Positions 1-7,642 of a stretch of 37,051 bases of DNA are shown here, piece by piece. Position 1 is the stretch's first letter, and each line of letters opens with the position of its first letter. The position numbers were made by a program, and so were the translations under genes. The stretch is from Flavobacteriales bacterium (lineage in GTDB: Bacteria > Bacteroidota > Bacteroidia > CAMBQF01): the NCBI GenBank assembly GCA_031412115.1, contig JANOCJ010000363.1, positions 1-37,051 on the forward strand, written 5' to 3'. Under the pieces are notes generated by a model, which was not told where the DNA came from, did not search any database, and saw nothing but the letters and a program-made list of their open reading frames with translations.

Positions 1-224
1 TGGCGGGCCTGTTTTTATTCAGCAAAAAGTTAGCCAAAGCCATAGAGAAAGTAGTACCCTGCAACCGCATAGGCATTACCGTTATTGGGCTTGAAGTGCC
101 CCACGCACACGTACACCTTATTCCTATTAATACATTATCTGACATGGATTTTTCTAAAACCCGTGTTACACTTGCCCCCGACGAATTTGTTGGGCTGGCA
201 GCACAAATAGCATTAAATATTTAA
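1..224 (+). CDS. HIT (histidine triad) family protein, 3' fragment truncated by the window edge
   Basis: The frame from nt 3 reads AGLFLFSKKLAKAIEKVVPCNRIGITVIGLEVPHAHVHLIPINTLSDMDF...IALNI with stop TAA at 222-224. It contains the HxHxHxx histidine-triad motif (HAHVHLI). It is absent from the ORF track because no start codon lies in the window. Confidence 0.8.
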   Translation, partial: AGLFLFSKKLAKAIEKVVPCNRIGITVIGLEVPHAHVHLIPINTLSDMDFSKTRVTLAPDEFVGLAAQIALNI

Positions 225-232
225 AACCAATA

Positions 233-1765
233 ATGGAAAACCGCAGAGTTCGCGTACGCTTTGCCCCCAGCCCTACCGGGCCTTTACATATGGGTGGCGT
301 TCGCACAGCATTATACAATTACCTGTTTGCCAAACACCATGGCGGCGATTTTATTCTTCGCGTTGAAGATACCGACCAAAACCGCTTTGTATCAGGGGCA
401 GAAAATTACATTATTGAAGCCCTAAAATGGTGCGGCATAGAGCCTAACGAGGGTATTGGTTTTGGCGATGGCCCACACGCGCCGTACCGCCAAAGCGAGC
501 GTAAAGAAATGTATCGCCAATATGCTATGCAGCTAATTGAATCGGGCCATGCATACTACGCTTTTGACACGACTGAAGAGTTGGAGGAAATGCGCAAAAT
601 GTTAGAGGCAGCAAAATCTACCTCGCCGGCATACAACGCCATTACACGCGCCAATATGAAAAACTCGCTTACCTTACCCGAGGACGAGGTTAAGCGCCGT
701 TTAGATGCAGGCGATGCATACGTTATCCGTATAAAATTACCCCGTGCCGAAGAGGTACGTTTTCATGATATTATCCGTGGCTGGGTTATGGTACACACGT
801 CTAACATGGATGATAAAGTACTGTTTAAAAGCGACGGTATGCCCACCTACCACTTAGCCAATGTGGTTGATGATTATTTGATGCAAACCACCCACGTTAT
901 TAGGGGTGAGGAATGGCTGCCCTCTGCCCCACTCCACGTATTGCTATATCGCTATTTGGGTTGGGAAGAGGTAATGCCGCAATTTGCGCATCTACCATTA
1001 TTACTTAAACCCGATGGCAACGGCAAGCTAAGCAAGCGCGATGGCGACCGCTTAGGTTTTCCGGTATTTCCACTTAACTGGACAGACCCTACCAGCGGCG
1101 AAGAATCATCGGGCTACCGCGAACGTGGCTACTACCCACAGGCATTTGTAAACATGCTGGCCCTACTAGGCTGGAACCCCGGCACCCCGCAAGAGATATT
1201 TACGTTGGATGAGCTTGCCCAACAGTTCTCGTTGGAACGGGTAAGCAAATCGGGCGCAAAGTTTGATTTTGAAAAAACCCGTTGGTTTAACCAACAATAC
1301 CTGCGCGCTATACCCGATGCGGAATTAGCTGAGCAGTTTAAACCGGTTCTTGCAGAAAAAGGCGTTAGCATAGCCGACGATAAGCTGGCTAAAGTATGCA
1401 GTCTAGCTAAAGAACGTGCCACTTTTATTGGCGATTTTTGGGACCAATCGTGGTTCTTCTTTCAAGCACCAACAGCCTATGATGAAGTTACCATTCAGAA
1501 AAAATGGAATGCCGAATCGGGTAAACTATTAACTGAACTGGCTGCTAAATTTGAGGCTTTGCCAAAGTTTACGCATGATAGTGTACACAATGCCTTTAAC
1601 GCTTTTTTAGAAGAAAATGCATTAAAAATTGGTGCTATGCTTCCTTTGTTTCGCCTGGCCGTAACCGGCTTGGGCCAAGGCCCCGGCATGTTTGATGTAG
1701 CCGAAATTTTGGGCAAGGACGAAACACTTAGCCGTGTAAGGCAAGCTATAATAACATTAGGATAA
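233..1765 (+). CDS. gltX: Glutamate--tRNA ligase (class I aminoacyl-tRNA synthetase)
   Basis: 510 aa. The N-terminus RVRFAPSPTGPLHMGGVRTALYNYLFA carries a HIGH-type motif and KLSKR is a KMSKS-type motif. Length and overall sequence are typical of bacterial GluRS. Confidence 0.96.
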   Translation: MENRRVRVRFAPSPTGPLHMGGVRTALYNYLFAKHHGGDFILRVEDTDQNRFVSGAENYIIEALKWCGIEPNEGIGFGDGPHAPYRQSERKEMYRQYAMQLIESGHAYYAFDTTEELEEMRKMLEAAKSTSPAYNAITRANMKNSLTLPEDEVKRRLDAGDAYVIRIKLPRAEEVRFHDIIRGWVMVHTSNMDDKVLFKSDGMPTYHLANVVDDYLMQTTHVIRGEEWLPSAPLHVLLYRYLGWEEVMPQFAHLPLLLKPDGNGKLSKRDGDRLGFPVFPLNWTDPTSGEESSGYRERGYYPQAFVNMLALLGWNPGTPQEIFTLDELAQQFSLERVSKSGAKFDFEKTRWFNQQYLRAIPDAELAEQFKPVLAEKGVSIADDKLAKVCSLAKERATFIGDFWDQSWFFFQAPTAYDEVTIQKKWNAESGKLLTELAAKFEALPKFTHDSVHNAFNAFLEENALKIGAMLPLFRLAVTGLGQGPGMFDVAEILGKDETLSRVRQAIITLG

Positions 1766-1800
1766 TTTAAACAATTTCTCCACTCAACTATTTACATTGT

Positions 1801-2142
1801 ATGGCTGTTATAAAGCTGGTTGGAATGGAGTTTACCGCCTACCACGGGGTATATGCAACAGAGCGCGAAAACGGGAACCGTTTTACCGTTGATATAGAAT
1901 TTGAAGCCGATACCGACCGTGCACAACAAAGCGATGAACTAAATGACACAGTAGATTACAGTGCCGTACACGCATTGGTAGCTGCCGAAATGAAGCAACC
2001 ATCCAACTTGTTGGAACATGTTGCCCAGCGCATTAAAAGCAGCATTATGGGCAGTATAAAAGGTGTTAACGCATTGCAGGTAGCAGTAACCAAGCATAAT
2101 CCGCCAATGGACGGGGTAGATAAAGTAACAGTTGTTTTGTAG
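1801..2142 (+). CDS. folB: Dihydroneopterin aldolase
   Basis: 113 aa. GMEFTAYHGVYATERENGNRFTVDIEF, TVDYSAV and LLEHVAQRI match the FolB family pattern, and the size is typical. Confidence 0.85.
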   Translation: MAVIKLVGMEFTAYHGVYATERENGNRFTVDIEFEADTDRAQQSDELNDTVDYSAVHALVAAEMKQPSNLLEHVAQRIKSSIMGSIKGVNALQVAVTKHNPPMDGVDKVTVVL

Positions 2143-2153
2143 ATACGAGCATT

Positions 2154-2372
2154 ATGTTGGGAGGATTATTTAACAGGAAACCGAAAAAAACGTGCCCGCG
2201 CTGCGGATCAAAATTTGAGTGTGCATCAGGCGACCATTGCTGGTGCGATGAGGAAATGCACCTATGTCGCGACACAATTAAAAAACTGCGTATGCAGTAT
2301 ATTGACTGCCTTTGTAAAGACTGCCTTTTGCATTTTGTAGCCGAAGACAAAAAAGCGGGATTGACTACCTAG
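2154..2372 (+). CDS. Small cysteine-rich CWC-family protein
   Basis: 72 aa with CPRCGSKFEC, DHCWCDEE and CLCKDC. The Cys spacing and the CWC signature are read directly from the translation. Confidence 0.65.
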   Translation: MLGGLFNRKPKKTCPRCGSKFECASGDHCWCDEEMHLCRDTIKKLRMQYIDCLCKDCLLHFVAEDKKAGLTT

Positions 2373-2439
2373 TGCAGCTACAAAACAAATCTTCTTTATT
2401 GATTCTTGCTAAAAACCACCCAGATTTAAAAGTTTTTAT

Positions 2440-2447
2440 TACTTTTG
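2440..2447 (+). promoter_or_regulatory. Candidate Bacteroidota -7 promoter box (TAnnTTTG) for tRNA-Cys
   Basis: TACTTTTG ends 12 nt upstream of the first tRNA-Cys nucleotide. It matches the published Bacteroidetes sigma-A -7 consensus TAnnTTTG. Confidence 0.35.
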
Positions 2448-2459
2448 CCGCTCACTCAG

Positions 2460-2530
2460 GGTTTCGTGGCCGAGTGGCTAGGCACAGCTCTGCAAAAGCT
2501 GCTACAGCGGTTCGAATCCGCTCGAAACCT
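2460..2530 (+). tRNA. tRNA-Cys (anticodon GCA)
   Basis: A 71 nt cloverleaf folded by hand. Acceptor stem GGTTTCG/CGAAACC, anticodon stem CAGCT/AGCTG with loop CTGCAAA, T arm AGCGG-TTCGAAT-CCGCT, and discriminator U as expected for tRNA-Cys. Confidence 0.93.
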
Positions 2531-2531
2531 C
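2514..2531 (+). repeat. attL core (tRNA-Cys 3' end)
   Basis: GAATCCGCTCGAAACCTC, identical to 9050-9067. Confidence 0.85.
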
Positions 2532-2541
2532 CCAATACATT

Positions 2542-2575
2542 AAAACCCCTTGATTATCAAGGGGTTTTGTTTTTT
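2542..2575 (+). terminator. Intrinsic terminator after tRNA-Cys (island-borne)
   Basis: Stem AAAACCCCTT (2542-2551) pairs with AAGGGGTTTT (2559-2568) around a 7 nt loop, followed by a T run. Confidence 0.7.
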
Positions 2576-2576
2576 A

Positions 2577-2594
2577 CCATACCCAAATCATACC
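2577..2594 (+). repeat. 18 bp direct repeat, copy 1 (candidate integrase arm-type site)
   Basis: CCATACCCAAATCATACC, identical to 8919-8936. It lies about 45 bp inside attL. Confidence 0.6.
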
Positions 2595-2615
2595 TAATTC
2601 GAGTTTAAAGCCTAA

Positions 2616-2648
2616 TATTTGTCTTAATAAGAAAAATTAAGACAAATA
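2616..2648 (-). terminator. 13 bp-stem hairpin immediately downstream of the 2650-2946 gene
   Basis: TATTTGTCTTAAT (2616-2628) pairs with ATTAAGACAAATA (2636-2648) around a 7 nt loop, and it abuts the stop codon at 2650-2652. There is no clean T tract on the minus strand. Confidence 0.45.
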
Positions 2649-2649
2649 G

Positions 2650-2946
2650 CTAAAGAACTTCATTCTGCATTAGCATAGAGTTTTTCAGCTTTTGTACATC
2701 TAAAGGTAGTTCCCATAGGGTAGCAGCTAACAGAAACGCTGTATTGAAAGTGTAAATATCTCCCTTACTTATGGCTTTTTCTGCAAAATGTACCAACCAA
2801 TCATATACTTGGTTTCTTTCGCCAGGGCCTACTTCTAATAACCTGTCAACTGGTATTACATAGTTGGGGTCATGTAGCACTTTGCTGCAATCAATTTCTT
2901 CATCGGTAATAATCCAATTACCCACGGTGGCAAGTGTGTTGCTCAT
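2650..2946 (-). CDS. Hypothetical protein (island cargo)
   Basis: The tracked ORF is 2650-3030. I prefer the internal ATG at 2946 (MSNTLATVGNW...) because the 28 upstream codons lie in AT-rich intergenic-looking sequence. I recognise no family. Confidence 0.45.
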   Translation of the reverse strand: MSNTLATVGNWIITDEEIDCSKVLHDPNYVIPVDRLLEVGPGERNQVYDWLVHFAEKAISKGDIYTFNTAFLLAATLWELPLDVQKLKNSMLMQNEVL

Positions 2947-3120
2947 AGTTTTAGTTTTAATTGTTTTGTAACTGCAAACTACAAAAAATTGTAGTACTTG
3001 AAAATCGTGGTACTTTTTTTTTGTAATCAATAAAAATAATACGTTTTAAATGTGTTACTTTTTTTCTTTGGATATATGTAATACATTGTCTATCTTTGTG
3101 TTAGAAAAGAAAAAAACAAT

Positions 3121-3744
3121 ATGGACGTAGTTATTTTAACAAGGGTTAGTAAAGAATCACAATCATACCAAAGACAAATTGTAGATTTAAGGGCGTATGC
3201 AGAACGAATGAATTATAAAGTTGTAGGTGAGTTCAATGAAAAAATCTCTGGGGCAACTAAAAATGAAGACCGCTTGGCACTTACCCAGTTATTTGAGTTT
3301 ACAGACACTCATAAGCCCTCAAGGATTTTGGTATGGGAACTTTCACGCTTGGGGCGCAATACTTTAGAAGTGCTTAAAGCCCTTGATATATTTCACTCAA
3401 AAGGCATTAGCTTATATGTGCTTAACTATAACATAGAAACGTTAAATGCAGACGGTACAATAAACCCAATGGCTCAAATGATGTGTACCATGCTTGCCGA
3501 GTTTAGCCGTGCTGAACGGTCTGCTATTCAGCAGAGGCTAACAAGTGGCTATAAAAAACATCGTGCTGCTGGTGGCCGTGTCGGAAGAATTAAAGGCGTT
3601 GTAATGGAATCAAGCCTATTACTTGAAAAACATAAGGAAACCGTTAAGTTTTTGAAAAAAGGTAGAAGCATCCGTGAAACGGCATTACTGGTGAAACAAA
3701 GCACCCGAACCGTTCAAAAAGTTAAAAGGGCAATGGTGGTTTAG
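3121..3744 (+). CDS. Serine recombinase (resolvase/invertase family)
   Basis: 207 aa. The N-terminal ILTRVSKESQSYQRQ contains the catalytic-Ser motif, VWELSRLGRN is present, and the C-terminus resembles an HTH. The size fits small serine recombinases. Confidence 0.9.
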   Translation: MDVVILTRVSKESQSYQRQIVDLRAYAERMNYKVVGEFNEKISGATKNEDRLALTQLFEFTDTHKPSRILVWELSRLGRNTLEVLKALDIFHSKGISLYVLNYNIETLNADGTINPMAQMMCTMLAEFSRAERSAIQQRLTSGYKKHRAAGGRVGRIKGVVMESSLLLEKHKETVKFLKKGRSIRETALLVKQSTRTVQKVKRAMVV

Positions 3745-5522
3745 GATTCTGCTGTAGTCTTGTCTAATAATATCAATTTTTTTCCACTAAGCTTTAGTTT
3801 TATCTTAAAGTGTAAAGAAGGGCAACAATTTGGGTCGTCCTTGTCATAACAAAAAGATTCACCGATAAGCATTCCATTTTTTATTTCAGAAATTACATAT
3901 GAGCCTCCATTTTTACATCCAAAATCAATAGTGTTCTTAGGGCTTATTGCTATTGTATATTTATTGTTTTGCGATATGAAAGCAAACGATTCTCTCCATC
4001 CTACATTTCCAGCAGCCCACCCACCAGAAGTCTGTTGTTGGGTAAATACATCAGATTTTCCATCATTATTTATATCTCCAACAATAAAATTCTTCATAAT
4101 ATCCACAGAAAATACTGAAATATCTTGTGGGTAATCTTTTGAATAAAAACTTAGATTTATTTTTGAAGGTGCAATTTCCTTTTTCATATTACATTGATTC
4201 TGCAAGCCTTCATTTTTATAATATTCAATTATTTTATCAATAATATCCATTGTATCAATACCAATAATAGTAACTATGTCTTCGTTAGTTACTGTTGAGG
4301 TATCTGATACTTGTGCTGTGCTTCCTAGTTTAGGTACATTTGATATGCTACCTTGGTACTCTTCATTGCTTTTTGGGCTGTTGTTACCTTTAGCTGCCAA
4401 CGTAAAGGATATGATTATTATTAGAATATGAAAAAGTGTTATTTTCCAAAAATAGCTACTCACATTTGCATTCGCATAAATGGTATTATATTCAACAAAT
4501 TTTTCACCATGTTTAGATTGGTAAAATCGTCCCGTTCTCTCCCTTCTATTAATAAATTGAAGAAAAGAAAATATTACCACCATTAAACATGACATTCCTA
4601 AGCAATCCCCAAAATTTGTTTCACTAATATCTAATTTTTTACCTAACAAATAGGCGGCAATTGCCATCCCGTATGGCGCTAATAAATGCAACCAATTTAA
4701 CACTCCAAAGTTTAAATGGGTAATATTATGTTTGCCTTTACTTTCTTGGTTGATTGTATTGTTAGGATATTCAACCGTTTCGGCATTTCCTTTAATGGGT
4801 TCGGACTTGGTTAGTTCCCAAACATTTTTGTAATTACTAAATAATATATTGTTTGACCTAATAAATCCTTTTTCTTTTAATTCAAGCGGCAATTCTAATT
4901 TAGAATCAATTACAAGAATTACTTCAGCTTTTTCGTTTGGTATAAAAAATTTTTGAAAATCAATTTTTGCTAATGGCACTAAGTTAAGATTAGGGCAATC
5001 ATCAAAAATTAATGCTATTTTTCTAATACTATGAAAACCAGCACCCCGATTATTAATATGGTCGATTGCTTCATTAGAAAATTCTTTTAAACTAATATTT
5101 TTTGAGAAATTTAGTGTTGTATCAGTATGAGCATCAGTATAAATAGTAGTATGACCAAACTTTGGCAATTTGTCAATTATTGTAAGTTGGTTACCCGAAA
5201 GGTCTAGTTTTTTCAAATAGAATCGTTCAATACCGTCTAATGTTTTGATAGCATTATTAGGCAGTTCCAACTCTGATATTTGTTCTAATTCTGAATCAGA
5301 GTATAATTCAACCACCTCGTTAATACTCTCAATTTTTCTATCAATATATGATAGTTTCTTGTCTTGAATTAAAGCTTTTATTATTTGAGCCTTGAGCGGC
5401 TTTATATTTACTTCGGGCGTGTTATCTGTCTTTGTATCTGTCATTGGATAACCACAATGAATACATTTCTCTGACTTGTCGGAAACAGTTTTCTCACACT
5501 CTGGACAAACTATTAATGCCAT
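3741..5522 (-). CDS. Multidomain membrane protein: N-terminal zinc ribbon, two LRR-like repeats, about 3 TM helices, C-terminal domain with an FG-GAP/VCBS-like DxNxDGxxD motif
   Basis: 593 aa uninterrupted ORF in very AT-rich DNA. Elements read from the translation: CPECEKTVSDKSEKCIHCGYP; LELPNNAIKTL and LKKLDLSGNQLTII; hydrophobic segments WLHLLAPYGMAIAAYLLG, CLGMSCLMVVIFSFLQFI and FWKITLFHILIIIISFTLAA; and GDINNDGKSDV. Confidence 0.6.
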   Translation of the reverse strand: MALIVCPECEKTVSDKSEKCIHCGYPMTDTKTDNTPEVNIKPLKAQIIKALIQDKKLSYIDRKIESINEVVELYSDSELEQISELELPNNAIKTLDGIERFYLKKLDLSGNQLTIIDKLPKFGHTTIYTDAHTDTTLNFSKNISLKEFSNEAIDHINNRGAGFHSIRKIALIFDDCPNLNLVPLAKIDFQKFFIPNEKAEVILVIDSKLELPLELKEKGFIRSNNILFSNYKNVWELTKSEPIKGNAETVEYPNNTINQESKGKHNITHLNFGVLNWLHLLAPYGMAIAAYLLGKKLDISETNFGDCLGMSCLMVVIFSFLQFINRRERTGRFYQSKHGEKFVEYNTIYANANVSSYFWKITLFHILIIIISFTLAAKGNNSPKSNEEYQGSISNVPKLGSTAQVSDTSTVTNEDIVTIIGIDTMDIIDKIIEYYKNEGLQNQCNMKKEIAPSKINLSFYSKDYPQDISVFSVDIMKNFIVGDINNDGKSDVFTQQQTSGGWAAGNVGWRESFAFISQNNKYTIAISPKNTIDFGCKNGGSYVISEIKNGMLIGESFCYDKDDPNCCPSLHFKIKLKLSGKKLILLDKTTAES

Positions 5523-5702
5523 TTAGCTGGTATTTTATTTGGTTTTCTATGCAATTTATTTAGTATCAGTAGCTTTAAGAACCACTATTATACCATTTGT
5601 TATGATTAACAAATATATAAAACAGACTAATATGACTGGATATATACGTTCCTGTTTTTAAATTATGATGCTTTTAATTTTCAGTCGTTTATAAAGTAGG
5701 CG

Positions 5703-5930
5703 ATGCGAAAAAAGGAAATACCCAATTCGGTGAAAACCGTTGGTGAAAATATAAAGGCTATTATCAAAGAGAAAAAATTGAAAACTAGGCACGTTGCCCA
5801 TGATGCCGACATGGATATTGAGGCTTTAAGGCGTTACATGAATGGAAAACAAATAATGGGTATTGATAAGGCAATACTGATAGCGAAAGCCCTTGATAGC
5901 AATATATCTGACTTATTTAAAGGCATATAA
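5703..5930 (+). CDS. XRE-family helix-turn-helix transcriptional regulator
   Basis: 75 aa. VGENIKAIIKEKKLKTRHVAHDADMDIEALRRYMNGK is a typical Cro/C1 HTH. Confidence 0.8.
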   Translation: MRKKEIPNSVKTVGENIKAIIKEKKLKTRHVAHDADMDIEALRRYMNGKQIMGIDKAILIAKALDSNISDLFKGI

Positions 5931-5992
5931 TAGTTTACTATTACTAATGGTGTGTATTTTTTGACACAGGCCATATTTATAGTAAATAGAAT

Positions 5993-6160
5993 ATGCAAAC
6001 CACAGACTTACGCAACCAGCTAAAACTTAAACAAACTGAATTAAGCCTAACAACCGATAACGAAAAGCGCAGAACGCTTACTACTGATATTCAAATAATC
6101 AATCATAGGATTTCTATTGAACGGATAAAGGAATTAATACAAAATTTAGAAAACCGTTAA
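5993..6160 (+). CDS. Possible small coiled-coil protein (55 aa, below the ORF-track cutoff)
   Basis: ATG at 5993 and TAA at 6158-6160. The translation is MQTTDLRNQLKLKQTELSLTTDNEKRRTLTTDIQIINHRISIERIKELIQNLENR. It fills an otherwise empty 226 bp gap and has no recognisable family. Confidence 0.3.
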   Translation: MQTTDLRNQLKLKQTELSLTTDNEKRRTLTTDIQIINHRISIERIKELIQNLENR

Positions 6161-6807
6161 GCTGCCTTTTTTATATTACCTAATCTATTACCCAGTATAT
6201 CCCAGTCTTCACCGTTTAAACCACCTTTAGAAATATAGTGTATGCCAGCTTTATATTTATCGTAAGGCTCAATTTCTATTCTGTTGCCATTAAAATAAGC
6301 CTGTATATCACTATTTATGGCATTGTGCAGCGTTTTATCAGAAACATATAGCGCAAAGTGGTTATGGTAGCCATCACGGTTTGAGTTGGGTTCAGCATTA
6401 AACACCATTCTAATCTCTGCCAAAACCCCATATTTCTCAATTAATGCGCTGTAAACCCCACTCATTAAACGGTAACAAGACTTTTTATTACGTTCATGCT
6501 TATAGGCCACCGTTACAAAAAATGACCAATCTAAGTAGCATAGGCTTGTTGGTAATGAATCTTTAACCATTAGGCAATCAATTAGGTTTTTCATAGCCCT
6601 ATTATCTTCTAGTAATAACTTGTTTTCTTCAAACATCAATTCACTACTAAAGTATTTGGCATGGGATAAAGGGTAATGTTTCTTGTTACCTTGGCCTTTT
6701 TCTTTTATTTCCTCTTTTAAATCTGGGTTAGCTTTATAAAACCTATTGATTGTACTTTTACTTTTACCAATTCTCTTTATAAACTCTTTTAAACTTTCGT
6801 ACTTCAC
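6157..6807 (-). CDS. Putative HUH-type Rep/relaxase-like protein with N-terminal HTH
   Basis: 216 aa. The order and spacing of FFVTVAY (motif I-like), GYHNHFALYV (HUH-like, H-N-H) and IHYISKG (YxxK catalytic-Tyr-like) resemble rolling-circle Rep proteins. The N-terminal SLKEFIKRIGKSKSTINRFY resembles an HTH. Confidence 0.5.
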   Translation of the reverse strand: MKYESLKEFIKRIGKSKSTINRFYKANPDLKEEIKEKGQGNKKHYPLSHAKYFSSELMFEENKLLLEDNRAMKNLIDCLMVKDSLPTSLCYLDWSFFVTVAYKHERNKKSCYRLMSGVYSALIEKYGVLAEIRMVFNAEPNSNRDGYHNHFALYVSDKTLHNAINSDIQAYFNGNRIEIEPYDKYKAGIHYISKGGLNGEDWDILGNRLGNIKKAA

Positions 6808-7222
6808 TTTTCATATCACTTTATTATATTGTTATTTTTAAAATATAGGTTGCCCATACAAGGGCATTAGCCCCCACATTTTTACAATAAGTACTACACT
6901 TTTTAAAAAAGTCAAGCATTTTTGACACAATTGGCAATTTTTTTTCAGAAATAGTCAAAAAATAACTGTTCCAAACTGACACACTTAAATAAATACTTGG
7001 GTTTTCTGAAAAATACTTGAACGCACCTTTATACTTTATTAAAGTAGAAAGTGGCTATTTGTAAGGGAGGCGAGTAACTATATTATTTAGAAACGCCATT
7101 TTCATTATTAAAAAAGGGCTTTACCCAGGGGGGGAGGGTATAAAAATTAACACGTTTCTACTGTTGAGGTTCATCAGCTAGAACGTGACTAAATAGGCGT
7201 TTATAGGTACGTTAAAAGCACT

Positions 7223-7642
7223 CTATCGCTTAGGTTTAGGTGCTAGTATAAACCGTTTAATATCTGTGGTGGAAACGTTTGTTTTTCTAGCACTAAGTTT
7301 TTCATGTTTTAATGGGGGCTTTCCAAAATTTATCCAATTGCGAATGGTTGCAGTGCTTACAGCATAGATTTTCGCTGCCTCCGGCAGCGATACCCATTCA
7401 TTATTAATTGTTAAACTACTCTCACTTGGTAATGCACCCTGTATTTTAACGCAATTATCCATAATAGCCACGTTTAAATCCGTACTAGCGTTTTTTAATG
7501 CTTGTATTACTTCGGCTGGCTTTAGCCCCTTCTTTTGGGCTATACTAACGTATTGTTCGATAAAATCAGATACCAAATCGTAATCAACTGGTTCTTCAAA
7601 TATTTTGCCTAAAGTATAATACCTGTTTATTTGTTTGCTCAT
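7223..7642 (-). CDS. Excisionase-like / MerR-type HTH DNA-binding protein
   Basis: 139 aa. WVSLPEAAKIYAVSTATIRNWINFGK is a helix-turn-helix of the excisionase type. The gene lies directly downstream of the integrase, with the integrase stop (7642-7644) sharing one nucleotide with this gene's start codon (7640-7642). Confidence 0.6.
   Translation of the reverse strand: MSKQINRYYTLGKIFEEPVDYDLVSDFIEQYVSIAQKKGLKPAEVIQALKNASTDLNVAIMDNCVKIQGALPSESSLTINNEWVSLPEAAKIYAVSTATIRNWINFGKPPLKHEKLSARKTNVSTTDIKRFILAPKPKR

Noticed and set aside
2372-2608. 78 aa tracked ORF spanning tRNA-Cys
   Set aside because: It reads straight through a well-folding tRNA-Cys and its terminator, so it is a spurious ORF.
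5961-6983. TTGACACA-type words at 5961-5968, 6922-6929 and 6977-6983, considered as Rep iterons or a sigma-70-like -35 element
   Set aside because: There are only three copies of a 7-8 nt word, with no regular spacing and no matching -10 or -7 partner. That is not distinguishable from chance in this AT-rich element.
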